A stretch of 63,723 nucleotides of DNA from Vitrella brassicaformis CCMP3155 (Eukaryota > Protista > Chromerida): NCBI GenBank assembly GCA_001179505.1, contig CDMY01000361.1, forward strand, positions 37,631 to 101,353. Direction: 5' to 3'. A program made the translations under genes and the position numbers. Shown here piece by piece: positions 1 to 11,311 of this stretch (position 1 is its first letter; each line of letters opens with the position of its first letter). The notes under the pieces are model-generated. The model was not told the origin of the DNA, ran no database searches, and worked only from the letters and a program-made list of their open reading frames with translations.

Positions 1-77
1 CATATGGTGGGGGGGTGGGGGGGTCAGACGGGATGAACCCATAAGACTCCCATATGACTGGATCGTTGTCTCCGTAG

Positions 78-936
78 ATGGACAATTTGCACAACGGCGA
101 GATCATACTGCTCGAGAGGACACAACCCAATGGCGACCTCAAGTACTCATCCAGCCAACACATTCATACCCACCACATGCATCCATATGGCTTACCAACT
201 CTCCCTCCCCACCACCTCTGTCAGGCCCGCCCACCCCCTCCGATGGCGTACCTTCAAGCCCCCTGCCAGCCGTGTCATTCGGCCCCCCCTTCCGCCATCT
301 GCAGGGCGGGACCAATCACGACGGGCGACGGCAAACGACCCACGATGTTCGCGGACTCTCTCTGCGCCGGACATCCACTCCCAGGAGGTTCCCACTGACT
401 CCACTCAGCTCAAGGACGAGAGGAAACAAAACAGCCGGGACATCGGAGCAGAGGAGAGGGCGGCCCCAGCCACCGCAGCCACCCCAGCTGCTGCGCCAGA
501 CCAACAAGCCAACGAGGAACCAACGGCACCACCGGCACCAGCAGCACAAGCAGGAGGCGTCATGGACGGGCAGCTGGAGAGCAGTCGGCAGGAGGAGCAA
601 GAGCAGCCGTCGGCATCCCCTCTCGTTGATGAACATGAGCAGGAGCAGCCCTCCGACCACCATCATCCCCCCGAGCCGCCCAGCCACACGGACGAGCACG
701 AGCAAGGGAGGGAGGCGGGGCGAGATGGGGCTCATGCTTCCATCGGCGGATCGTCGTCGTTCTCGTCCTCGCTCTCCCTGACGATCCTGACGGCGCCGAC
801 TGCGCCATGGAAGATGGCGACGATGCCCGCATCTGCGTCACAGCCGAGGAGCCCCTCACGTGCACAAACAGATGGCAGCGAAGGGCGGGAGGGTGAGGGT
901 GAGGGGGATGCGGGAGAGGCTGGGGAGCCTGGCTGA
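78..936 (+). CDS. Probable last exon of a gene whose 5' part lies upstream of the window; Ala/Pro/Glu/Gln-rich low-complexity C-terminus
   Basis: Acceptor-like ctccgtag ends at 77. The long open frame (ORF 130..936, open upstream to 79) ends in TGA at 934-936. No recognisable domain. Confidence 0.45.
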
Positions 937-1439
937 CATTCGCTGTCACTGTTGTCTTGGATGTTGTGAGCTTCTGATATTATGGTGATACCCACATATA
1001 GGATGGAGGGATGGGGGGTGAGTTGCCTGGATGGGCGTATTTTTTTCGACAGATGTATTGCGGGCAACTCACGGACAGATGTATTGCGATTTCTCTCAGT
1101 GATTTCCCCTCGCTGATTGATAGAGAAAAAGAGTTCAGAGCAGCCAACAAGCAGACCGTATCGTACCATGGCCTGCCACCACTCCAGCGACACGCACACG
1201 CGAAGAAAAGGAAAAAGAAGCATACGACGGCCGAGATCGAGCTAGAAACCACGACATCCATTCATCCATCCATCCATCCGTCACTTGCGCAGCAATATCA
1301 CATCACAGCCAAACGCTGACTCACGTCAGCCACCCACGCAATCGGCGTGAGCCCGTCTTCAGTCACGGCAGACCAGAAAGGCTTGAACGGAGGGCCGGAA
1401 GGAGGACGGGGCTTGGAAGACATAGTGAGCGAGTCCCTG

Positions 1440-4400
1440 TCACTGTATGGTGCACTCGAGAGTCCTGATGCCGACGGTCTCGCCCTCACCGCCGCCCTCC
1501 GACCCCCGACGAGTAGCTGCCGCCACCAGATGCCTGGCATACCACAACGCCACATCCACAAAGGGGGCATGCACATGAAAGGATGCAGGGACGGACAGGC
1601 ATGGTGCATGCGCTCCTTACTGAAGGACGTGGGGTGACAGGTCGCGTAAATGAAGTGTCTGCATGGACTCACGGTCCATCAGCTCCTGGTTGCCCCGCAC
1701 CAGCTGCTCCAAACCGTCACCCGACTGGAGATACATACGCAATACACACATCCACACATGCACAGTGTGCACACCTGTATGGGAGTCTTCTGCGTATGTT
1801 CCTGCCTCTATTAACTTACGATGTGAAAGGGTGCGGGACTGGTGGGTCGCCAGATCTGGACGTAGTGATCGATGCCTGCTGAGGCCAGCATGCAAGTGCG
1901 GGGGTGCACCTGCACACAATTGACCACATCACTGTGGCCCTTGAGCACAGTCAGCAACGATCCTGCATACATCCATCCAAAAACAAACAAATACAGCCCC
2001 AGATGACCAACCATCCCGCATTTCTTTGCATCATTTTGTAGATGCTCACCGTCTGCGGTGCTCCAGACCAGAATGGCACCATCGTCGCTGCCCGAGAGCA
2101 GCGCCTTGTCGCCCCAGAATGCGCACTCCTTGATGTCTGTCCTCGAGTTGCAGTGGCCCGAGAACCTGCCGACAGGCATACGCGTACAAATCCGGCAGCC
2201 AAGTCGATGCAACCAGGAGTCTCGGTCAGTATTTGATGAGATATCACCTGACGGCCCGGCCCCTCGGCCGCCAGTCGACGTCATCCAGAGTGCTGAGCCA
2301 CGAGGGTCCTTCCGGATCTGTCGGCGACTCCTCATCTTCCTCTGTCTCGTCTTCATCCTCTCCCTCGTCACCACTGGCTTCGTCGCCCCACCCTTGCCCA
2401 TCACCATCACCGCCGCGCACACGGGACGACAGCTCGATGAAGCGCAGCGTCGTGCGGCAAATGCCGGGGCGCACGGGGCTCCTCTGGCCCTCCTCGCTGC
2501 TGCTCCCACGATCCTGTTGCTGACCATGCTCCTGCCCCTGCCCTTCTCTTTCTCCGCCCAGCGCCCCCTCCATCTCCACTTGCATCTCGATGCCGCTGCT
2601 GCCCTGATCCTGCTCATGTTCACGGTCCACAGATGGGGTGATGCCCTGCTGGCCGCCGTCGACGGGGACGATGGCCAGCTGGTCGGCCCCCTGCTGATGG
2701 TCCGCATCGGCATCGGCTGATGTGTCAGTTTGTGATTCCTTCTTGCGTCGCCGGAAGATGCGGTGGCGCCATCCACCGAAGGCCGGGATGGCATAGCGAT
2801 AGCAGGACGAGAGGACCGGGTGCAGCCAAGTGGGGTCCGTGGCCTCCTGCTGCTGGTCGGCCTCTACACACCTCTCGCACGGGTCACCTTCGTCCAGCGC
2901 TTTCAACTCCTCGTCGAGCGAACTAGCCCCCCTTGCACTCTCTACCCTGCTGTCAGCGCTGCTCGCCGCCTGCGTCTCGGCAGAGGAGGAGGCCACCCTC
3001 CCGTCGGTGCTCTCACGCCCCGCACCCTCCGTGTCGCACACCCGCTGCTTCTTGTTGACGCCGCCCTCCTCCTGGCTGCCGGCCGGCGACCGGGCCTCAT
3101 CAGACGCACGCTTCGGCGCCCCATCCAGCGCCAGCTGGCGCAGCGCCGGGCTGACGGTGGCCTTGCTGAGGTCGTCTTGTGCTGCGGGAGGGGGAGAGGG
3201 GGAAGGGCCGGTCGCACTTGTGTCGTCCTGCATTGCCTGAGGACCTGATAGCGACGCTGCTGGTGTTGGAGATGGATGTGAGGGTAGCGGTAGGGGTTCG
3301 AGTGAGAGCTCCTCCTCTTGCTGTGAGTCGTCCTGGCCGGTGTCATCCTGCTCAGATGAAGATTGAGATGAGTCAGTGCTGGACGAAGCGTCGGGGTTGA
3401 TCAGAAAACGGGTGGCGAACACACGACGACGCACCTACATGCATGTACAGTTGCACGCAGAGGGGAATGGTCTTTGCATGCTTCTGTACATGTATGTGCA
3501 CGTCTCACCACTGCCCTGCTCTCCTGTTGCCCCTCTCGCCCCTCCTCTGTCTCGCCACCGTCCCCCTCTCCACCACTACGCCTCTCCTCCGCTGTGCCGC
3601 CCTCTCCTTCGTGTGATGGGGACGCACCATTCCCATCATCATGACCCATTGCTGCCTCTGGTGCTGGTGCTTGTGGTGGTGGTCCGGGGGAAGCACTCTC
3701 CTCCTCTCGTGACGGCTGTGAGGGCTCCTCAGGAATGGTGTCTGGCTGGTCGTCGGGGCGGCTGATGACGCGGGGCATGCGTATTCGCCGGTGTCGCTGC
3801 CGCAGTGCCACCTTCTGCCGCTCCCTCAGCTGGTGGTCTACGGCCGCTGCGAACGTTTGGAACTCCTGAACGTGGGGAAATCTCTGTGCGGCCTCCCGAG
3901 CCAGCCTCAGAGACAACGCTGTCTGACCGGCGTTGCGGCACCCCTGCATCCGCCTGTCAATCCACATCACACCGATGCACAGATTGTGTGCCGGATTGTG
4001 TGCCTTCCCGCCATCTCTCACCTGTAGAGGCTCTTGTAGTTGGTCCTGTCCATCTCGTGTGCCTCAGCGCCGTCACACGCAGCAGACAGCCCGTCCCCAC
4101 GGCCGCCACGGCGGATGAGGGCCAGCGCACGGTTGCATAGCAGAGGAACGAGGACCTCCACGCCAGCATTGCGAGACCGTGCGATGCGCAGGGCCGCCGT
4201 GTACCGCTCGATGGCGGCGCTGAAGTGCAGCTGGCTCACTGATGGATGCATAAGGTACCAACAGGACATCGTATCATTCAAATTGTTCAGGTGCTGGATG
4301 GCGCCGTCTCACCCAGTTCGTTGCCTTGCCTCTGCAGCGTCCGCACGAGCTCAAACTCGTCATCCGGCATGTTTGCGGAGTCCCCTTTGCCGTTCGAAGC

Positions 4401-6174
4401 ACAGCCCAACCTCTGAGGTCCGTCGGTTGAGTCGCCTGCCGTCTGCTGGCCAAAGGGGAAGACGTACAGCTGCTCGGCGCTGTAGCTAACAGCGACCTGC
4501 CGACGTAGTCACGATGGAATTATGAATCCAGATGGGCCGTGCCTGCTTTGCGTACCTGTTTGCCATCCGGCCGCCAGGTCACGTGTGTGGCGAAAATCAG
4601 GTGCCTGGAGGTCGGCCGGCCCCTCCCCGTCTGCTCGAATGGGGCACTCCACAGCTCCCTCGGGCACAGGATGTCACATGGGGGTGCGCTCTCGTGCAGT
4701 GGGGTGCCCTGCAGACTGTGCAGCGTCATCTTGCGCCGATCGTAGATGCGCACCAGAGGATCAGACGCCCCCACTGCGATGTACTCCGGGCGTATGGGGT
4801 GCAATGCGATGCTCTTGACCTGAGCGCGATAGACGATAAAGACTCACAGATGGGCATCTACCGTCATGCCCCTCATCTCACCTCTCCACTGGTGGTCCGC
4901 TGCCATTTCATCTCGTCGAGTATTCGCGTCAGGCGACGAGCTCGTTCGCCCTCTGACAGTGAGTACCAGTGCTTTCGCAGCAGGCGCTTCCTGGTGCCAT
5001 CTGTCGGTGGTGCGATTGATGACGGGTCTGTCAGCTGAATGGCCGATGGTGCGATCTGAGGCTCCACGGGGCCACGGGAGAGGTTGATGACCACCTGAGG
5101 AAGGGACGGAGCAGGCAGAGGGAAGGGGCACCGTGAGTATTTCTGAGCGCATCTCTTTCCGTCCGTTGGTGTACGTTGGGATCTCACGTTGGGATCTCTT
5201 GCGCGTCGCCCGACGTCCATTCGGGAGTCGTATTGACGCACTGTGCCTGCGGGAGCGGGAGGCAGGGAGAAATGTGTTATTCTTTTTCGATGCATGAATG
5301 TCGGCGTACCATCCTCACTCGCACTCCAGAAGAGGGATGGTACGCCGGGATGGGTGGCCACCTGCTTGATGCGATTCGAGTGACACTCGTATATTGTGCT
5401 GACAAACACAGATGGACGGGCACTCAGGTGAGCGCACTTTGTGTTTGTGCATCCATCCATCCATCCATCTGTGTACCGTTTGTTCGGTGTCTGTATGCTG
5501 GTCAGCCTGACTTCGTGATCCATGGCGCCCGTCACGATGTACTCATCGTTGAGGAAGGCGACACCAAAGATGTTGTACGCGTGGCCTGCGCACACAACCA
5601 AACAGTCACTCACTCACTCATTAAATTCACACAGGGGGACGTGTGGCATGTCACATGGCTCCACCTGTTTGAATGCGGTGTTTCACTTTGGTCATGTTGG
5701 CCGTGGTCCAAAGCAGCACCGTACAGTCGTCACTGCCTGGGATATCAGTCAGACCACAAGACAAATGAAGACAGGAAGGCATATACACATCAACAACCTC
5801 GCCCCAACAGCCTACCAGATGCCAGCATGCTTCCTCTTTCGTTCCACGCGACACGATTGACACAACCAGAATGACCTGCAAGCAGCAACCGAAACATACA
5901 GACACACAAATGAAACAACAGTGGCTGCATCATCTCATAAACAACTGGTTCCGTCACATCTGAGTCATTTTCGGTGCGCACCTGTGAGTCGTTCCGCACA
6001 GGCCATTCTTTTGATGAGGCTCTCGTGGCACTGCAGCTGCTGCCGCACTCTCCCATCATCCCCTTGATGACGGCGCCGGTTCAGCAGGTCTACCAGAGGC
6101 TCGCTGTGACCCAGAAGAGGACAGCGGCGGGACGAACAGCAGCCGACTTGCTCGCCGTTCGTGCCTCCCGACAT
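1440..6174 (-). CDS. WDTC1: WD40 + TPR repeat protein (WDTC1/DCAF6-type CUL4-DDB1 substrate receptor), multi-exon
   Basis: Start MSGGTNGEQ at 6174. Spliced exons give RLTG|HSGCVNRVAWNERGSMLASG|SDDCTVLLW, GHAYNIFGVAF, TPR segment AIERYTAALR...LLCNRALALIRR, GHCNSRTDIKECAFWG...SGSDDG and GHSDVVNCVQVHP..LASAGID. Final exons 1724-1621 and 1533-1440 end ...LECTIQ*. The WD-TPR-WD order is the WDTC1 architecture. Confidence 0.85.
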
Positions 6175-6612
6175 CTCACAAACTTCTTCCTTCTCGTCAC
6201 CAATAGGTTTAACGGAACTGAATGCCTTCCTTTTCTTCCTTTTTCTTCCCTTCCTTCTTCTTCTCTGTGGAAAACACTCAAAAATCCTTACAGCCAACAA
6301 ACGAAAAAGGATCTCAGAGGGAGAAACCCAAAAGTCCCAAGTGACAGAAAACAAAAGGGGGTGCCTCGTCGTATGCTCCACGCAAACTCTCTGCCTCCAC
6401 GCATATCATACACGCACACACACAAAGCCTCGCCTTCGCTATTGCATTGTTCCGCGAAGAAGGGGCACCCCTCCACCGGCCACAACACACAAACACACAT
6501 ATATACATACACTCGTACAGACAAGAGCAAGACAATGCCGGCAGAGACACTACATGCACGCACGAGGCACAACATGTGCCATGATGTGCGTACACAAACA
6601 CGTACGTATGTA

Positions 6613-6638
6613 CAGACAGACAGACAGACAGACAGACA
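6613..6638 (+). repeat. (CAGA)6 microsatellite
   Basis: Read directly. Similar CAGA, ATCC and CA runs recur in introns and intergenic DNA across the window. Confidence 0.9.
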
Positions 6639-7494
6639 CTGTCAGACAGGCAGATGAAGTAATCAATCAATGATTTTCTTCAGTTTGCCGAGTGTCGTTG
6701 GTCGGAGGGCTATCCTCCCCTCCCCGAAAAAACAAAATCAAAGGAGATAACAATCCTGGGCAAACCCAAGGGAGGAGCTGTTCTCTCTTTCTATCTGTTC
6801 TCTCTTTTTGATTTGTGTCTCCTGCGTTGAACACCACTGCAAAGACACTGTACACTTCTTACGTAAGTGTCGGACATGGCATCGAGCGGGTCTTCCTCCT
6901 CATGACCCTCGTGAGAACGAAAGACGTGCTGGACTGTCTCACGTCGATACGTGGCACCCGCAGCACCCGTCGGCGAAAGGTACGTACGCAAGTCTGTCTG
7001 TCTGCACATTTGGTTATGACGGTGGCCCTCGCATCCGCCTCACATCCCTCTCAGCACTCTAGAGGTGACACGGGTACGTATGACAGTCGCTGCAGAAACT
7101 GTGCATCTCTTGTGTGTGTGTACCTGATTTGATGTGTCAGCTTGTGCGATGTGTATATATCCCAACTGCGTCACGTTGACTCATTTTCTGGCTAGTCGTT
7201 GCTCGGCTCGGCCCTTCGGGCCTCGCCTTCGCAATTGCTTCAATTCAGCATCTTCCCCTTGTCCGCACCCTCTGCACTAGTCAGTCAGTGTATCGTGTGC
7301 ATTGATTGTATGGCATGCATAACTGTTGGAACACTGTCAGAGACCAATAAGTGTTCATACGAGTCGTCACTCTCAAATCGCATCGAACATGCATTGAATA
7401 TACATTCAAAACGTGCCCTGGCCCACAGTACTGAGGGTAGGTAGCATTGATGGATACCCTCAATACACACACTATACCGACCAACCAACCAGCA

Positions 7495-10400
7495 TTATAC
7501 GAATGAGCAGTGTAGCTTTCCCCCAATCGGAGCGTTGCACATAGGGCATTTGTTTCTGCCGTCTGCCACACGAGCAGCGCACCGCGAGCATAGTGCAAAG
7601 TGCATGCACGGCAAGAAGAGAGTATCTCGGTCGCGCTCAAAGCAGACTTGACACACCCACATGCTCGCCTGAAGGAAACAGCCATACACGCGGTCCCCAA
7701 GCATCAGCCTGTCAAGCACCCTATCTGTTGTCACCTTTTCTTGCAACTGGGCATTCTCCGCTTGAAGCACTGCAATGCGCCCTTCATCGGCACTCACCTG
7801 CACGAGACGCGCATACTCAGGATGACGTACATGAGGGCACGTTGCCTTCATTCGTCATTGACTGACTGACTGGCTGACCGACCCGCTCATTCACCTGCTG
7901 CCTGAGCGTCGAGATGTCAGCCGTCTTGTCTCTCAGCTGTTTTTCCATCCGCCCGTGTACCTCACGCATCCGACCCACACGCCGACAATGCATCTTATGT
8001 AATGCACCCAGCACCTCGGATGCATCGCCACCAGCGTCACCCCCACTCAGCGCATCGTGGTAGAAGGCGAGCGGCGAAGTGAGCACCTGGTAGTCGTCCG
8101 CGGCCTTTCGGGCGTCCCTGTCCTTCGCTCGGGCCATTTGCTGCGCCAGGTGGATCTGCCGCTTGGCCGAACCGATTTGCTCATCCAATGCGGTTGCCAA
8201 TGGAAGTAGCGAGGGCGGCAGCAGACAGGCACGGCGTGCGAGCAGCGATGTGGCAAAGCTGAGGGCCTCATTGAGCAACGCGACACTCGATGCCGAGATA
8301 AACGAACCAAGGACGTCAGAAAGAGTCGAGAAGCCCTGAACACGCGAACACGTAACCTCATATAAGTGCTGTGTATGGCAGCGTCTTGGCGCCTTTAGGT
8401 CCATCCGCATTTTACTTACGGCAAGGGTTCGTTGGTTGTGCTGGTGGATGGCACTGACCCGCTGTGCGGTGCGCGTGGGTACGCAGCTGGCGCACTTGCC
8501 GCACCTGGCACACCGACGAGCGCCACAACCATCCGCCCTAGCCCGCTTCCCACGGCCCACTGCCGGCACCGAGTAGACGCCTACATGCCATGCCATGCCA
8601 TGCCAGGGACAACCGGAGCATACATGTACTAGCCACGCTTCTTCGCGAATGTCCTTCTCGGCGTATTCTCTTTCACTCACCGCACAAGCAGACGCTATTG
8701 CCGTCTGGCCGCTCTCCGCCACCGGAATGAGAGCTTGCCAAGCCAACATCTCTCTTGCCCCCCAAAACGGCCACCTGTACGGCCGCGCACATGTCGCTCG
8801 CCATCATCCCCTCCACACAGGACGCGCACACCGACACCTCACTGTCGGCGGCAGTGTCGCCCAACAGCAGGACATCATCCGTCTCCCGGCTCAACGAGGC
8901 CTCCTTGATGTGGTGCTGTGCATATGAGTGGGCAAAGGATGATGCCAAGCAGAGAGCGGTGTGGATGCTCTTGAGCGCCAGCCACACGAGGGACAGCAGG
9001 CCGTCCACAGCCTCCGTCATCACCCACGGCAACATGTGCATGTCCGCCGCGCGAACGAGGGGCGAAAGGCTGCTGCTCAGCGCCCGCCTGACAAAGTGCC
9101 AAGAGAGAGAATGCGCGTTACGTCGACCATTCCACCCTCATTTGCCGACTGACCTGTGCGCGTTGACGACCTTTTGCTGCTCGCGCCATCTGTCCTCTCT
9201 GTCTTGCGCCTCACTACTAGCTCCCTCGATTCTCTCCAGCAGCTGCTGCCCCCGCTTCACGCACGCATCCACCGATGCGTGGGCGTACCGAAGTCGGCAC
9301 ACGGTACTCTCCAGGATAGAAAGCCTCATCCGCCAGAGGTGCGTGTGCCTCTGGAGCAGGTCCATGAGTCCACCGAGGTGTTTCTTGTGAAGCGACACGA
9401 GGGACGTGAGGCTGAACGACAAGGCACAGGAAGAAACGACATATCTTGTATATACGCTACCCCAAGGACCGAGTGGTAATCGACTGACCCGCTCGATAAT
9501 GTCCCACCTGCAACGGCCATGTCGAAGGCGAACCCCTCCGGAAGAGAAATAGCCAACATGTGCCCAACACGCCGATAGGGTGCCACAAAGCCACATGAAG
9601 ACTCGCCCAGGAACTCATGCAGCGAGGGGATCGCAGCCCGGTCACCCGGCTTGTTTCTGTCTCCGACTCCTGGTGACGAGTCCTGGGAGAAGAGGCGGTG
9701 ATGGATGTGCGACAGAGAGGCCAGCAAAGGATTGCCGCTGCGCGGTGGAGGCGGTGGGGGAGGTGGCGGGGGAGGGCGCGATGATTGCACCGTCGTGTGC
9801 TGCTTCAGGGCTTCGTTGAGGGTCGCTGTGATGTTCCTCGCTCTTTGGAGAAGCTTCTCGCTCAGCCAGTCTCGCTTCAGAACGCGCACCAACGTGACCA
9901 GGCTCTCCTGCACGCAACATGCCATATGCAGACCAGGAGGGCGTTATCATATGGGAAAGACACTCATACTATATGGCTTTTCACATTGTCGTTGCTCACG
10001 TGGTGCTTCTGAGAATTGCCCTTGACCATCAACTGCACAATGTCCCGCCAGCCATCGAGCGTCCCGACACCCATCGCACACAGCAGGCGGGCGGCGCACT
10101 CAGCACCATCAGTGTCGCCCATGGGTGCCTCGCGCCCCTCCTTGCCCTCGAACAAACGACGGCCCACTGACCCGCATAGTGCCTGGATGATGATGTCAAA
10201 TAGCGAGCTGCGAAGCATTGCCTGCACAAGTGGGAAAGAAGAGCTGCCAGGGCATGCATTGCGTGCATATATGGGACCTGTGAGAGGGTCATGACGGTCA
10301 TATGACCAGCCAGTCGTCGCTCACTCTCGATGAGCTGCTCCAGTGTCAGCAACTCTCCCTCGTCGCTGCTGATGCTCTCACCTTCCTGAGGGCTGCACGC

Positions 10401-11192
10401 ATACTGAGGCTCAGGTGCGACAGTCGGGGCGGCTCCCTGCTCCGTGGTGAGGTAGCGGTGCAGTACGGCGGCATACGCAGACCATACGAGCGCCATCTCC
10501 TCACTCGAAGCACCTGCACAAACACATACACACGTCTTTTCGTGCTCTCGATGTGCGGCATCTCGCTCTTCTCTCTCACCGATCGCCTGTGCCTCGATGG
10601 CGATTTCCACCTCCTCAGCTGCACCGTGTTGGCGAAACATCTGGATGAGATCGTCTGCGCACCGCGCTGCAGAAGCGCTGAGGGCGTCCGTGCCCCGTGC
10701 CGCGTGGCCGTGTGGTGCTATCTGCCGCTCCTGCTGGGCTTCGAATGCAGATGGGGGTATGCGGTCATCCATCTTGAAGGACGTGGGAGACGACGAAGTG
10801 CCCTCATCGGAGGAGGCAGTGAGGGACGACGGCGGATCTGCATCGGTCATCCGCACAGACGGCCGCGGGGCAGTCGATAAGCCGCATGCAGCATCGCTTG
10901 CACCTTGCACATTGCTCGATTCCGTACGAGAAGCGCCACCGACCCTCTTCCCCGGCGCGGTGTTACTCGGCTCATCCGCAGTCTCGAAGGCGACGTGCAC
11001 TTCTGAAGACGAGCCGCCAGCATCAACAGAAGAAGAAGGTAGGGGCTGCCGCGGTAGGCCTGGAGGGCTCCGTGTCTGCTCTCCACTGTTGTGATGACGC
11101 TGCCGACGTGCAGCTCGTCTCCTGCGGGATCCGATGCGACGACGGATGGACTCGAGAGCTGAGCCACCGCATTTTGTTATCGATGACAGCAT
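7495..11192 (-). CDS. Large coiled-coil protein with C-terminal C3HC4 RING finger (putative E3 ubiquitin ligase), multi-exon
   Basis: Terminal exon CQVCFERDRDTLFLPCMHFALCSRCAARVADGRNKCPMC is a zf-C3HC4_3-type RING. It is preceded by coiled-coil exons (EKQLRDKTADISTLRQQ; IAVLQAENAQLQEK) and a poly-Pro exon. Start codon uncertain (MLSSITK at 11192). Confidence 0.7.
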
Positions 11193-11311
11193 CGTGGGAG
11201 GGTGAGCTCCTCCCGGCATAGCTCGCACTCTCCCGGCCGTTGCGGATAGGAAGGAGGAAGCGCCTCACTATTAAGGCCGACGTATACTGCCTTGTGCCGA
11301 CTCCGGGGAGG

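Noticed and set aside
2058-2720. 220-aa + strand ORF with hydrophobic, TM-like stretches
   Set aside because: Antisense shadow of the Glu/Gln/Asp-rich WDTC1 exon; its hydrophobicity comes from the reverse complement of GAG/CAG/GAC codons.
6815-7132. VSVGHGIERVFLL resembles ribosomal protein bL19 (GVERVF)
   Set aside because: Only a short match; the flanking conserved L19 residues and the RRAKLYYLR motif are absent.
10302-11094. Long + strand ORFs (192 and 165 aa)
   Set aside because: They overlap the RING gene exons antisense, as expected by chance at this GC content.
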